A stretch of DNA of 64,000 nucleotides from an uncultured delta proteobacterium (GCA_963716725.1 CAVQUB010000009.1:96001-160000), one strand, 5' to 3'. Numbered from the stretch's first letter, positions 40,515 to 51,098 are shown. A program made the numbers and translations. Notes: generated from the letters alone by a model not told the origin.

Positions 40515-41114
40515 ATGAATTTGAAGACGTTGCTCTTGGGTCACCACGACGACCACTCGATTCCCCGAATTGGATCGGCGCTCGACCGCATGGAAGCGGG
40601 GAGTCGCCTGTACACGACCCGCAGCGCGACCCGCGAAGACATGGTGACGCTGTGGGAGCTGATGAAGGGCCAAGAGCTCGAAGCCGACCACTTCGTGCCG
40701 TCGGGCACCGATCCGCTCGAAGAGGTCATCCACCACGGCAAGAACTCGCTGCCGGCGTTCACGCATTTCCAGAAGCGATTCTGCCGCTCCGGCGACGACA
40801 CCGGCGACGTCTACGGCTTCAACCGAGGCAGCACCGAGTGGCTGGTGGGGCCCGGCTATTTCGTGTCGCACGGCACCAGCGACGAGAAGGACCCGCCCAG
40901 CTCCTACGTGATCGACTACACGCGCATCCCGCCCAAGAAGGCGGAGGCTTGGCCCGAAATCCGCGGCAACGAAGGCGGCATCGGCGCCCTGGTCTATGGT
41001 CGGATGAAGGACTACATGCGCAAGGTCTCGAACCACGTTTCCATCGGGAAAGCGTACAAGGACGGCAAAGAGGTCGGCGCGTATTTCATGCTCTGCCGAC
41101 AAGACCCCCAGTAG
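40515..41114 (+). CDS. Hypothetical protein
   Basis: 199-aa ORF with globular composition (FQKRF, GPGYFV, DYMRKVS). Confidence 0.7.
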   Translation: MNLKTLLLGHHDDHSIPRIGSALDRMEAGSRLYTTRSATREDMVTLWELMKGQELEADHFVPSGTDPLEEVIHHGKNSLPAFTHFQKRFCRSGDDTGDVYGFNRGSTEWLVGPGYFVSHGTSDEKDPPSSYVIDYTRIPPKKAEAWPEIRGNEGGIGALVYGRMKDYMRKVSNHVSIGKAYKDGKEVGAYFMLCRQDPQ

Positions 41115-41196
41115 CGGCTTCGATAAGCGGGCTCGCGCTGCGACGATCGGGCGCTAAACTCAGCCGGCACACGAGTTTAGGAGTATCGTCGAAGAT

Positions 41197-43374
41197 ATGG
41201 GCGGCACGGTCGCGGGAGCAAAAACGCTGGGACGCTACGAGCTGATCAGCGAGGTCGCCAAGGGGCAGTTGGGCCCGCTCTGGGCGGCCAAAGCGGCCGG
41301 CGACGACCCCAGCGCCGTGTTGATGCGCCGGGTGTCCACCGGCGCGCCGACCACGCCCGACGAGATCGATTCGTTGTGCGAGGGCGCGTGGTGGATGCTG
41401 GAGCTGGCCGAAGGCGGGCTCGCCCGGGGCATCGACGTGGTGAAGACCGAAGGGGAGCTCGGCGTCGTGATGGAGTACGCCGAAGGTGAAGTCTTGCGAT
41501 CGCTGTTGCGCCTGGCGAGCTTCAAGCGGCGGCCCATCCCAGTGAACATCGGGCTTCGAATCGCCTGCGACCTGCTCACCTCCTTCGACCGCGCTGCGGC
41601 GGCCGGAGGCCCGGCGTTCGTGCCCGGCGGCGTGGTGCCCGACAGCGTATTGGTGGGCCGCGACGGTCGAACACGGCTGCTCGACGTGGGCATTCTCGGA
41701 CCCGCGTCGCGCATCGGGCCCATCGCTCGACACCCTGAGATCGCCTCGTATGCAGCGCCGGAGCAGCTCGAAGACGCTACCAAGACTGACCTGCGGTCGA
41801 ACCTCTACGCCGTCGGCGTGATGCTCTGGGAAATGCTCGCGGGCAAGCGCTTGTTCGTCGGGTCGACACACCAGGCGGTGTCGGAGAAGGTGAAGGCCGG
41901 CGGGATCCTGCGCCTCGACTCGTCGAAGCCCGTGGGAGGCGACGCCGTGTCGTCGGCCGTTGCCGATCTCGTGGCCAAGGCCCTCGAGACGAGCGCGGAC
42001 GCGCGCTACGCGGGGCCCAAAGAGCTGATCGACGCCATTGAAGCCACCGGCGAGGCCGGCACGCACGAACAAGTGGCTCGAATCGTCGACGAGTTTGCCG
42101 GCAATACGCTGGCGGCACGCCACAAACTGATCGAGAAGGCGCTTGCAGGCATGGCGCCCAAGCCGGCAGGGACCGCGGCAAGCCCCGCACCCGCGATCCC
42201 ACCCAAAGCAGCCGAGAAGGAGCCGGCAAAGGCGCCCGCTCCTCCCCAACGACCCTCGGCCCGCAAGGCGACGCTGATCGGGATCCAGCCCTATGCAGGC
42301 GGTGCGGCAGGCGTGGTCCCACCGCCGCGGCCCCCGCTCGAGTCTCTGGACATGGAAGATCTCGAGCCCGACTCGAAGATCGAAGTCGAAGTCTTCCCGA
42401 GCAGCGAGGCTCCGACCAAGCCCGTGCACGAGGTCGCCCAGGCGCTTGCGGCGCATAGCCTGACCGCCAGCGAAGGCGAGGCCATCAAGACTCGAGTCTT
42501 GGGCACGCCCGCACCCGACGCCGCCACCGCCATCGCAGCCGCGGCCGCAGAGGCCATGGCGGCCCAGCCGCCCGAGGCTTCACCAAAGCCGCCCGAGGCT
42601 TCAGCAAAGCCGCCCGAGGCTTCACCAAAGCCGCCCGAGGCTTCGCCAAAGCCGCCCGAGGCTTCACCGAGTTCACCCGTCGCGGAGGCAGCTTCACCCG
42701 CGCCTTCCGAGGTCGTTTCGGCGTCCACGGATGCCGCGCCAGAATCCGTCGACGTCGAGGACATCGCGGCCTCGGAGGCGCCGAAGCCCGACACCCAAAC
42801 CCCGGGTCTCGATTGGGGCGCCCTGGTCGGCGGTCTCCCGGAAGGTGAGGGGGACGGTGGCGTACCGCCGAAGAAAGAAGAGAAGCGCGACGAGTCGGCC
42901 GTGGCCTGGGTGGGCCCACCTCCGGGCGCGCCGCTCGCCGAGAAACCTCCAGCGGCGGACGCCGAGATCGAAGAACCGATCCCGTCCATGGTCCCGGAGC
43001 GCACGCAGCGCATGCGGAAGATGGTCGCCGTCGGGGTCGGCGCGCTCGCCGGCGTGATCGCGCTGGGTGTGATCATCTCGAAGCTCGGTGGCGGCTCCGA
43101 ACCCGACGAGGGCAGCGCGACCACGCCCGCCGCCACTCAGGTTGCGAAGAAGGAAGAGCCCAAGGCCGAGGAGCCCAAGAAGGAAGAGCCCAAGAAAGAA
43201 GAGCCCAAGGCCGAGGAGCCCGAGAAAGAAGAGCCCAAGGCCAAGCCCGTCGCGACCAAGCCCGTCGTGACCAAGCCCGTCGTGACCAAGCCCGTCGTGA
43301 CCAAGCCCACCACCACCACCAAGCCCGCGGTGAAACCGAAGCCGAAGCCGAAGTTCACGCCTTCGGGGATCTGA
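41197..43374 (+). CDS. Membrane Ser/Thr pseudokinase with long repetitive linkers
   Basis: Kinase fold (GRYELI, VMEY, YAAPEQ, GVMLWE) but VAIK->VLMR, HRD->PGG, DFG->DVG; TM; PEASPKP, EEPKK and KPVVT repeats. Confidence 0.85.
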   Translation: MGGTVAGAKTLGRYELISEVAKGQLGPLWAAKAAGDDPSAVLMRRVSTGAPTTPDEIDSLCEGAWWMLELAEGGLARGIDVVKTEGELGVVMEYAEGEVLRSLLRLASFKRRPIPVNIGLRIACDLLTSFDRAAAAGGPAFVPGGVVPDSVLVGRDGRTRLLDVGILGPASRIGPIARHPEIASYAAPEQLEDATKTDLRSNLYAVGVMLWEMLAGKRLFVGSTHQAVSEKVKAGGILRLDSSKPVGGDAVSSAVADLVAKALETSADARYAGPKELIDAIEATGEAGTHEQVARIVDEFAGNTLAARHKLIEKALAGMAPKPAGTAASPAPAIPPKAAEKEPAKAPAPPQRPSARKATLIGIQPYAGGAAGVVPPPRPPLESLDMEDLEPDSKIEVEVFPSSEAPTKPVHEVAQALAAHSLTASEGEAIKTRVLGTPAPDAATAIAAAAAEAMAAQPPEASPKPPEASAKPPEASPKPPEASPKPPEASPSSPVAEAASPAPSEVVSASTDAAPESVDVEDIAASEAPKPDTQTPGLDWGALVGGLPEGEGDGGVPPKKEEKRDESAVAWVGPPPGAPLAEKPPAADAEIEEPIPSMVPERTQRMRKMVAVGVGALAGVIALGVIISKLGGGSEPDEGSATTPAATQVAKKEEPKAEEPKKEEPKKEEPKAEEPEKEEPKAKPVATKPVVTKPVVTKPVVTKPTTTTKPAVKPKPKPKFTPSGI

Positions 43375-43400
43375 ATCCAGCGATCGTCAGGGAACACCTC

Positions 43401-44459
43401 ATGCTTCACCCGATCTCGACTGCCACGCTCCGCACCGCGCTCTTCACCGGCGCGCTCGCACTCGCAACCCTTTCGATTTCTCCGCGGGCCGCCGCCCAAG
43501 GCGCGACCCCAGAGGCAGCCACGCCTGCGCAGAAAGACACGGCGCAGAAGGCCTTTCTGAAGGGCATGAAGGCGGCCAAGGCCAAGAAGCACGACGACGC
43601 CCTCGCCGCGTTCAAGGAGTCTTACGGTGCCGTGGCGAGTCCGAATTCGCACCTGATGGTCGCGCGAGAGCTCGCCGAGCTCGGCCGTCACGAAGAGGCC
43701 TGGTCCGAATACGACAAGACCATCGCCGAGGCAGAGGCCGCGGCGCAGGCTGATCCCAAGTACGCAAACGCGGCCACCAGCGCCAAGAACGAACAGGCGG
43801 AGCTCAAGGCCAAGCTCGCCTTCGTCAAGCTCACGGTCACCGGAGCCGGCCCGGGCTCCCGCGTCACGGTGCGCGGCAAAGAGATCGCGGAGGCCGACTG
43901 GAACAAGCCGGTCGTTGTCACGCCCGGCTCGGTGCGAGTCGAGCTGGTGAGCAGCGACGGAAAAGAGACCGTGAAAGAGGTCGACGCCGCAGCAGGCGGC
44001 GAGGTCGCGGTCGATCTGTCACCTGCGGCTCCTGCGCCCGCGGCGGGCACCGGCGCGGGTTCGGGTCAGGCGAGCGCAAAGGTCGAGGCGTCGACAGGCG
44101 GCGGACCAAGCATGCGAACGTGGGCGTACATCGCCGGCGGCGTCGGTGTCGCGGGCCTGGCGACCTTTGGCATCTTTGGCGCCATGAACAACGCCAAGCA
44201 CAGCAAGCTCGAGGACGAGTGCAAGGACGGCGTCTGCCCGTCCAACCTCGAAGAAGAGCGCGATGCGGGCAAGAGCTATCAGACCATCGCCAACGTCGGC
44301 TTGATCGTCGGCGTGGTCGGCCTCGGCGCCGGCACGGCGCTCTACCTGATGAGTGCCAAGAAGGCAGAGAAGACCGCGACCGTGCCCAAGCGTCGCGGTC
44401 CGCGCGTCGATTCGGTCGGCGTCGGATACCACTCGGTGCTGGTCACCGGCTCGTTCTGA
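43401..44459 (+). CDS. Secreted TPR/PEGA-type protein ending GSF
   Basis: Signal peptide; TPR helices; C-x4-C between two Gly-rich hydrophobic helices. Confidence 0.8.
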   Translation: MLHPISTATLRTALFTGALALATLSISPRAAAQGATPEAATPAQKDTAQKAFLKGMKAAKAKKHDDALAAFKESYGAVASPNSHLMVARELAELGRHEEAWSEYDKTIAEAEAAAQADPKYANAATSAKNEQAELKAKLAFVKLTVTGAGPGSRVTVRGKEIAEADWNKPVVVTPGSVRVELVSSDGKETVKEVDAAAGGEVAVDLSPAAPAPAAGTGAGSGQASAKVEASTGGGPSMRTWAYIAGGVGVAGLATFGIFGAMNNAKHSKLEDECKDGVCPSNLEEERDAGKSYQTIANVGLIVGVVGLGAGTALYLMSAKKAEKTATVPKRRGPRVDSVGVGYHSVLVTGSF

Positions 44460-44545
44460 ACGCCGGGACTTCCCCGCTTGCGACGGAGCCTTGACGGCTT
44501 GTCGCACGAGACGCAACCTGTCCCGTCTCCTGGGACCCGGATTCG

Positions 44546-45616
44546 ATGGCAGCGCGCAAGAAGAAGAGCGATTCCAAGGCGAAAGCGTCGGCGGAGCAGG
44601 AGCCGGACGACAATGTCGAGGAAGGCGCCGACGGCGGCGAGGGCGGCGACGACGAGCCCGACGGCGAAGAGCCGGACGACTCCGCCATCGACACCAGCGA
44701 CGAGCCTGCAGACGAAGAGCGCGCCCCGGCTGCCGGATCCGACGAGCGCGGTCTTTCGCTGGCGCGCCTCGATCCGATGACGATCTACATGCGGGAGGTC
44801 CAACGCCACCCGCTGCTCACTGCCGAAGAAGCCCACAATCTCGCGGTGCGCTACGCCGAAACCCAAGACGTGGACGCCGCCGCGCGCTTGGTCACGGCGA
44901 ACCTGCGCCTGGTGGTGAAGATCGCGTACGAGTACCGCCGCGCTTACCGCAACATCATGGACCTGGTCCAGGAGGGCAACATCGGCCTGATGCAGGCGGT
45001 GAAGCGCTACGATCCCTACCGCGGCGTGAAGCTGTCGAGCTACGCGGCTTGGTGGATCCGCGCCTACATTCTGCGCTTCATTCTCAACAACTGGCGCATG
45101 GTGAAGATCGGCACCACGCAGGCCCAGCGCAAGCTGTTCTTCAACCTGAGCAAGGAGAAGCAGCGCCTGACCGCCATGGGCATCGAGCCCACCCACGCGG
45201 AGATCGCCAAGCGCCTCGACGTGTCCGAGAAGGAGGTCGTGGAGATGGATCGGCGCCTGTCGCGGTCCGACGCTTCCCTGGACGCACAGATCGGTGAGAG
45301 CGACGGCAAGCCCACGACGCGCATGGACCTGCTCCCGTCGACCAGCGCGGGCCCGGACGAGTCGGCGGAGTCCAGCGAAATCCAAGAGCTCCTGAAGAAA
45401 CACCTGGCCGAGTTCCGCACGACGCTCAAGGACAAGGACATCTCGATCTTCGACAAACGGCTGGTCGCCGACGAGCCACTCACGCTGCAAGAGCTCGGTG
45501 ACGAATTCGGGGTGTCGCGAGAGCGCGTGAGGCAGCTCGAGGCCCGAATCACCGGCAAGTTGCGCGCGTTTCTGACCGAACGCCTGGGCGATGCGGTCGG
45601 CGTCAGCGGCGGCTGA
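44546..45616 (+). CDS. rpoH: RNA polymerase sigma factor, RpoH (sigma32) family
   Basis: [27 protein letters not shown], RpoH box [19 protein letters not shown]. Confidence 0.88.
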   Translation: MAARKKKSDSKAKASAEQEPDDNVEEGADGGEGGDDEPDGEEPDDSAIDTSDEPADEERAPAAGSDERGLSLARLDPMTIYMREVQRHPLLTAEEAHNLAVRYAETQDVDAAARLVTANLRLVVKIAYEYRRAYRNIMDLVQEGNIGLMQAVKRYDPYRGVKLSSYAAWWIRAYILRFILNNWRMVKIGTTQAQRKLFFNLSKEKQRLTAMGIEPTHAEIAKRLDVSEKEVVEMDRRLSRSDASLDAQIGESDGKPTTRMDLLPSTSAGPDESAESSEIQELLKKHLAEFRTTLKDKDISIFDKRLVADEPLTLQELGDEFGVSRERVRQLEARITGKLRAFLTERLGDAVGVSGG

Positions 45617-45626
45617 GCGTCGTCTG

Positions 45627-46457
45627 ATGCCCGGCACGCTCGCGCTCGTCGGCACGCCAATCGGCAACCTCGGGGACATCACGCTCCGAGCCATCGAGAC
45701 GCTGAAGGCCGCCGACACCATCGCGGCCGAAGACACGCGTCGTACACGCGCCCTGCTCTCGCACCTCGGCATCACCGGAAAGCCGCTGGTGAGCCTGGAC
45801 GCAAACGCCAGCGACCGAGCCATCGGCGCGCTGCTCGATCGCGTCGACGCCGGCGAGACCGTCGCCTTCGTCACCGACGCCGGCATGCCCTGTGTGAGTG
45901 ACCCTGGCAGCGAACTGTCGCGGGCCGCGGTCGCGCGGTCGCTGCCGGTGACGGTGATCCCGGGACCCACCGCGGTGGCCACCGCCGTCGCGCTCTCGGG
46001 TCTGGTGGACTCGGCCTACTTTTTTGCCGGCTTCTTGCCGCGCCAAGGCGGCAAGCGAAGCGCCGCTCTCGAGCGGATCTGCGCGAGCTCCGAGCCGGTG
46101 GTGATCTTCGAAGCCGCCAACCGCACTCTCGCTACCCTGCGCGAGTTGGCCGAGCGCATGCCGCGGCGCTCGGCGGCCCTTTGTCGCGAGCTGACCAAGC
46201 TGCACGAAGAGGCCTTGCGCGGCGAACTCGGGGAGTTGGCCCAACTGGATCGGGAACTCAAGGGCGAGGTCGTGATCGTGCTCGGAGCGAGCAACGTCGA
46301 ACGCTCGCTGCCAAGCGACGACGAGCTGGACGCGCGCATTCGGGACGAGCTCGCTGGCGGAGCTTCTACCCGGGACGTCGCCGATCGGCTCGCGAACTGG
46401 AGCGGACGCGGACGGCGCGAGGTCTACGCGCGCGTCAACGCGCTGCGCAGCGATTGA
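45627..46457 (+). CDS. rsmI: 16S rRNA C1402 2'-O-methyltransferase
   Basis: GTPIGNLGDITLRA, EDTRRT, DAGMP.VSDPG, RELTKLHEE. Confidence 0.93.
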   Translation: MPGTLALVGTPIGNLGDITLRAIETLKAADTIAAEDTRRTRALLSHLGITGKPLVSLDANASDRAIGALLDRVDAGETVAFVTDAGMPCVSDPGSELSRAAVARSLPVTVIPGPTAVATAVALSGLVDSAYFFAGFLPRQGGKRSAALERICASSEPVVIFEAANRTLATLRELAERMPRRSAALCRELTKLHEEALRGELGELAQLDRELKGEVVIVLGASNVERSLPSDDELDARIRDELAGGASTRDVADRLANWSGRGRREVYARVNALRSD

Positions 46458-46463
46458 TGGCGC

Positions 46464-47309
46464 TCACGCCGACGGCTTCGCGTCGTCGTCCGCTTCTTCT
46501 GGGTAGTACTTCTCCAGGCAGGGCTCGCAAATTCCGTGCGAAAGCTTGGCGTCAGTGTGTTCGGAGAGATACTCCGCGATTTCATGCCAGGTCTGGTCGG
46601 CACCTCGAATGCCCTTGCAGTGCATGCAAATGGGCAGGAGCCCCTGCAGCCGCTTGACGTGGCTCAGCGATGCCTCGAGCTCGTCCCGGGTCCGGGTGAG
46701 CTCCTCTATGTGTTGCGCCTGCTGGCGCAGCGCGGGTCGGACCACGAACGCCGCCAGGAAGCCGAGAAGCCCGAGGAAGGCGGCGAAGAAGCCGGCAGCC
46801 ATCAGGCGGACGCGACCGAGGCGATCGCGGACCTGGCTCGCCGCTCTGCTCATCACGCTGTCCACGCTCGCGACATATTCGTCGGCGGCCAGGTGGAGCG
46901 CGTGACCACGCTCGGGCGACGTGCTCGAGTCGAAGCGTTCGGTCGCGCTGATCAGATCTGCCAGACCGCGGTCGAGCGACTCGCGATCCGCCAAGAGGGA
47001 GCGCTGCGCGCCGGCTGCGGCTGAAGGGTGGCGATCGACCAACGCCTGCTTCCCCTCGGCGACCCGGGCAGTGCACGCGGTTCGATTGTTGCCGTCGCAA
47101 TGCTCGGCCGCGCCAATTAGCCGAAGCGCAAGCAGCCGCTGTCTTCCCAATTCGTTTGCAGCGCCCACCTGTTCCTGCTGACGGGCGAGCTCCGGTTGCA
47201 CCACGAGCTGCGCGAGCACGAGCACGGCCAAGGCGCACGATACGGAGAACACCAAGCGCCGGCGCAGGTGTGCCGGCGTCAGCACGGAGTTCATCAGGTG
47301 CGGAGGCAT
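46464..47309 (-). CDS. Two-TM sensor-like protein with C-terminal Cys/His domain
   Basis: TM, N.LGRQR helical periplasmic domain, TM, coiled coil, LPICMHCKGIR..W...EYL..H....SHGICEPC. Confidence 0.75.
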   Translation of the reverse strand: MPPHLMNSVLTPAHLRRRLVFSVSCALAVLVLAQLVVQPELARQQEQVGAANELGRQRLLALRLIGAAEHCDGNNRTACTARVAEGKQALVDRHPSAAAGAQRSLLADRESLDRGLADLISATERFDSSTSPERGHALHLAADEYVASVDSVMSRAASQVRDRLGRVRLMAAGFFAAFLGLLGFLAAFVVRPALRQQAQHIEELTRTRDELEASLSHVKRLQGLLPICMHCKGIRGADQTWHEIAEYLSEHTDAKLSHGICEPCLEKYYPEEADDDAKPSA

Positions 47310-47426
47310 CGGGTCGTTGTTTAGACCAACGGCTTCGCGAGGGCGATCTCGAGCCGAGAATCCCGAGGATACTACCTACGCAACACGCCAGGACTGGACG
47401 GCCGCAGCTGAGGTATCCTGTCGCGC

Positions 47427-48437
47427 ATGAAGTGCGCGTTCTTGATCTTGGCGGCGCTGGGCTTGTCCGGCTGCGGCGGTGACGATTCCGAGTCGAACCC
47501 TGGCGGAGGCGGCAGCAGCGGCAGCGGCGGCGCGAGCACCGGCGGAAGCGCGGGAGCCGGTGGCGGCGCGGGAGCCGGTGGCAGCGCGGGCAGCGGTGGC
47601 GGAACAGCCACGGGCTGCGGCAAGCAAGCCCCGTCGAGCGGCAAACACACGCTCAATCACGGCGGCGGCGACCGCACCTATCAGTTGCACGTACCCACCG
47701 GTTACGACGCTTCGAAGCCGACGCCGGTGGTCGTGAATTTCCACGGGCGCACCGCCGGCTCGTTCGGCGAGGCATCATCGCTGCAAGAGAGCGTGAGCAA
47801 GATGTACGCAAAGGCGGACGCAGCAGGCTTCATCGTGGTCAACCCGCAGGGGCTCTCGGAGACCGACGGCGCCCAGACCTGGAACGCGGGCACGTGCTGC
47901 GCGGCGGACAAGGCCCGTGACGACGTCGGGTTCGCGGACGCGATTTTGGATCGGCTCGCGACCGAGCTGTGCGTCGACGACAAACGCGTCTTCGCGACTG
48001 GGCTGTCCAACGGCGGCTTCATGTCGCACCGACTGGCCTGCGAGCGCGCCAAGCGCTACGCCGCAGTCGCGCCCGTTGCAGCCTACAACGGCATGGCCGA
48101 GTGCAACCCCGAGCTGCCCGTGTCCATCATCTCGTTCAACGGGACCGCCGACACGCTCGTGAGCTACGCCGCGAGTCAGGCGTCCAACAACGCATGGGTC
48201 AAGCGAAACGGCTGCAACTCGACGCCCGCCGAGACCTTCAAGAAGGGCGACAGCCACTGCGACACCTACTCGGGTTGCAACGGCGGCGCCGAGATCGTCT
48301 TCTGCACCGTCGATGACGGAGGCCACACCTGGCCCGGCGGGCTCGACATGTCGACGCTCGGCTTCGGCAAGACCACGATGGACCTGAGCGCCAACGACGC
48401 GATGTGGGACTTCTTTCAGAAGCACCCGCTGCCCTGA
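47427..48437 (+). CDS. LpqC/PHB-depolymerase-family esterase lipoprotein
   Basis: Lipobox SGC; NFHG, WNAGTCC, DDVGF, GLSNGG, GGHTWPG. Confidence 0.88.
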   Translation: MKCAFLILAALGLSGCGGDDSESNPGGGGSSGSGGASTGGSAGAGGGAGAGGSAGSGGGTATGCGKQAPSSGKHTLNHGGGDRTYQLHVPTGYDASKPTPVVVNFHGRTAGSFGEASSLQESVSKMYAKADAAGFIVVNPQGLSETDGAQTWNAGTCCAADKARDDVGFADAILDRLATELCVDDKRVFATGLSNGGFMSHRLACERAKRYAAVAPVAAYNGMAECNPELPVSIISFNGTADTLVSYAASQASNNAWVKRNGCNSTPAETFKKGDSHCDTYSGCNGGAEIVFCTVDDGGHTWPGGLDMSTLGFGKTTMDLSANDAMWDFFQKHPLP

Positions 48438-50030
48438 TCAGGGCAGCGGCTCGTAGGCTCCGATGCTCGGCGGGGTGGCGTAGCACTTGCCGGTGAGGTC
48501 GCCGGCGACGCCGGTGCCGGTCGCTCCCTTGCCTGCCGCTGCGCTGGTCTTGCCGATGCTGCAATCCCCCGATCCTGGGTTCGTGAGCGCGGGATCGGTG
48601 CCGCTGATGCCGCCGGTCTCCGCCGCGGGCAGGTTGGTCGGCTTCGACTGCGACGGGTTGTCGTGGGCGTACCAGAGGTTGTTCTGGAACACGAACGACG
48701 CGGCGTCGGTGTTCCCGCCAACGTTGACCCAGGTCGAGAGATCGCTGCGATCGAAGTACACCAGGTTGTTCACGAAGCGACCCTTCTGTGCGGGCATGAA
48801 GGTGTAGCCGCCGCCGGTGGTCGTCTCTTGCAAGATGCGGAAGAGCCAGTTGGTCGGATCGACGATGGTGTTGTGCGCGGCCAAGCAGTCGACGCAGCCC
48901 ACGAATGCGAGGGCGGACACGGAGCCGATGATCACGTTGGCCACCACGCGGATGTTCTTGGCTTCGAAGTTGGGCGTGCTGGTCGAGAGCGGCGGACGGA
49001 AGAACTGGAACCCCGTGGAGCCGCCCATGTTCACCGCGCGCTCGCCGGCCTTGTTCATGCGACAGGCGCGGATCTCGATGTCTTCGCTGCCGCCCTTGGC
49101 TTGCACGGCGTTGCCGCTGATGTCGTCGAAGCTCGATCGAGCGATCAGGCCCTTGTGACACCCCACGTGGTCGATGCCGCTGCCCGATCCGCCGCCGCCG
49201 CAGCGCGCGAACTTGCTGTCGATCACCCAGAAATCGTTCAGACCCGAGAGCTTCAAACAGTCCTGATTCCCGCCCGATCCAACGTCGTGCACGTTCAAGT
49301 TGCGAAACACGACGTAGCGAGTTGCGTCCGCGTTGGAGTACTCCGCCGCGTCGTCGACGTTGATGCCGTTCTGAGTGCTGCCCTTCAGCTCGAGATCGTG
49401 CAGCACCAAGTAACGGACCTTGGTCAGGTGCAGCCCTTCCCCGCCGCCGTCGATCACGGGCGCGGCCTCACCCGGCGCGCCGCCGATCCAGATCGGCGCG
49501 CTGGCGCTGCCGCTGAGATTCGACAAATACGCGCCGCCCGGGTAGGTGCCCGAGTGCAGGCGGATCGCGGTGCCGGCCGTGACCCCCTGGGCCGCCTTGC
49601 CGAGGGTCTTGTAGGGCTTGCCCGCGCTGCCGTCGCCCGCGGTATCCGAACCCGCAACCGCGACGTGAACTTCTTTGGTCGGCGTGATCCCGTCGGCGAA
49701 GGTCTTGATGTCGCCACACGCACCCGGGGCTCCGCCGCTGCCTCCCGCGCCGCCGCTGCCTCCCGCGCCGCCGCTGCCTCCCGCGCCGCCGCTGCCGCCG
49801 ACGCCGCCGCTGCCCGCGCTGCCACCGCCGCCCGACGTGCCGCCGACGCCGGCGCCGCCACCGGTGCTGCCCGCGGTGCCACCGCTGCCGCCGGTGCCAC
49901 CTGAGCCGCCGCTCGCACCCCCGGTTCCCGCGCCGCCGCTGCTCGGCGAGCCGCCATCGTCGTCGGAGCCGCACGCCGGCAGCCACGCCCCTGCCAATGC
50001 CAACGCACACACCAGAGCTGATCGCTTCAT
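48438..50030 (-). CDS. Lipoprotein with right-handed beta-helix (pectate-lyase-like) domain
   Basis: Lipobox PAC; GSD..GDGS..PYKT, GTY.GG; parallel beta-helix repeats; IGAYE end. Confidence 0.8.
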   Translation of the reverse strand: MKRSALVCALALAGAWLPACGSDDDGGSPSSGGAGTGGASGGSGGTGGSGGTAGSTGGGAGVGGTSGGGGSAGSGGVGGSGGAGGSGGAGGSGGAGGSGGAPGACGDIKTFADGITPTKEVHVAVAGSDTAGDGSAGKPYKTLGKAAQGVTAGTAIRLHSGTYPGGAYLSNLSGSASAPIWIGGAPGEAAPVIDGGGEGLHLTKVRYLVLHDLELKGSTQNGINVDDAAEYSNADATRYVVFRNLNVHDVGSGGNQDCLKLSGLNDFWVIDSKFARCGGGGSGSGIDHVGCHKGLIARSSFDDISGNAVQAKGGSEDIEIRACRMNKAGERAVNMGGSTGFQFFRPPLSTSTPNFEAKNIRVVANVIIGSVSALAFVGCVDCLAAHNTIVDPTNWLFRILQETTTGGGYTFMPAQKGRFVNNLVYFDRSDLSTWVNVGGNTDAASFVFQNNLWYAHDNPSQSKPTNLPAAETGGISGTDPALTNPGSGDCSIGKTSAAAGKGATGTGVAGDLTGKCYATPPSIGAYEPLP

Positions 50031-50081
50031 TTCACCCTCGTCCCGACCCGAGTCTACACCGAGCCGAACGCCCGGCACGGC

Positions 50082-51098
50082 TCAGCGGATGAACGCGGGG
50101 TTCTCGATGTCTTCGGACGTGCAATCGGGCGGTGCCAGCAGCGGATTGCAGCGCGACGGCGTTCCGCCCGGGATCTCGACCAGGTAGTCCACACCGACAA
50201 CGGGCGCGGGATAGTCGGTGCTGATCACCTGGGCGCCGCTCGCGAAAGCCGCGTCGCGTTTCGTGGTGTCGCCCGCCAGAGGCTCCACGTTGTCCGAGTC
50301 GGCGCGCGTGCGCACGATGAAGCCCTGCTTGACCGCGTCGCCGATCTCCAAGGAGGTCGGATCGTTGATGACGTAGGTCCCCTCGTAGGCAGCCCCCGGT
50401 TCGGAGTCCACGAACATCAGGCGGCCATCCAGGTGCTTGCCGCCGTGGGTGTAGGCCTCGCGCCAGGGCCCGCTCTCGTCCACGAAGAACAAGATCTTGC
50501 CGCGCGCCTCGCCCAGCGTCGGCCAGCCGCCGGTCACGATGGCGTCGCGCAGCGTCGACGCGGCGCCGCGCACGTCGTCGGGCGTGATGATGCGCTCGCG
50601 CGGCCACTTGGAGAGGATCTCGGCGTGCAGCGCCGCGAAGCGATCCTCCGGATCGGTGGGCAGAGCGTCCTTCGGCTCGACTTGAACGAAGAGCGGGTGG
50701 TGCCCGGGGTTCTTGTTCGACCAGCTGGCCATCGCCGCCAGGCAGTCGACGAAGCGCCGGCAGTTCGACACCTCGTCGATCAGCGGAATGTGCACCACGT
50801 AGTGTTCACCGGCCTCGTCGTCCCAGCGCGTGTCGAGCTCGAACTTGCGCACACCTTGCTTCGCGAGCTGGATTCCAATCGGTGCGTGGCTGTACTTCAG
50901 CGCCTCGATCTGCATGCCCTCGGGTTCGACGTGGTAGCTGTTGTGCGAGCCCTTGGCTTGGAGCTGGTTGATGCGCAGCGCTGCGTCGCGCGGGTAGTCG
51001 AACTTCGTCACCGAGCTTCCGGGTTCGTCGTCCCCGCCGCAGGCGACCAGGAGAGAGCAGAGCAGCGCGAGCGCGGCTGATCGGGGGGGGAGTCGCAC
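50082..51098 (-). CDS. Ca-dependent PI-specific phospholipase C-like lipoprotein
   Basis: Lipobox VAC; SHNSYH, GVR.FELD, WS..NPGHHP, RTRAD, SGAQVISTDYP. Confidence 0.85.
   Translation of the reverse strand: MRLPPRSAALALLCSLLVACGGDDEPGSSVTKFDYPRDAALRINQLQAKGSHNSYHVEPEGMQIEALKYSHAPIGIQLAKQGVRKFELDTRWDDEAGEHYVVHIPLIDEVSNCRRFVDCLAAMASWSNKNPGHHPLFVQVEPKDALPTDPEDRFAALHAEILSKWPRERIITPDDVRGAASTLRDAIVTGGWPTLGEARGKILFFVDESGPWREAYTHGGKHLDGRLMFVDSEPGAAYEGTYVINDPTSLEIGDAVKQGFIVRTRADSDNVEPLAGDTTKRDAAFASGAQVISTDYPAPVVGVDYLVEIPGGTPSRCNPLLAPPDCTSEDIENPAFIR

Noticed and set aside
51083..51090. G8 tract near the start of the phospholipase gene as a phase-variation switch
   Set aside because: Eight G/C in GC-rich DNA is not exceptional and the frame is intact
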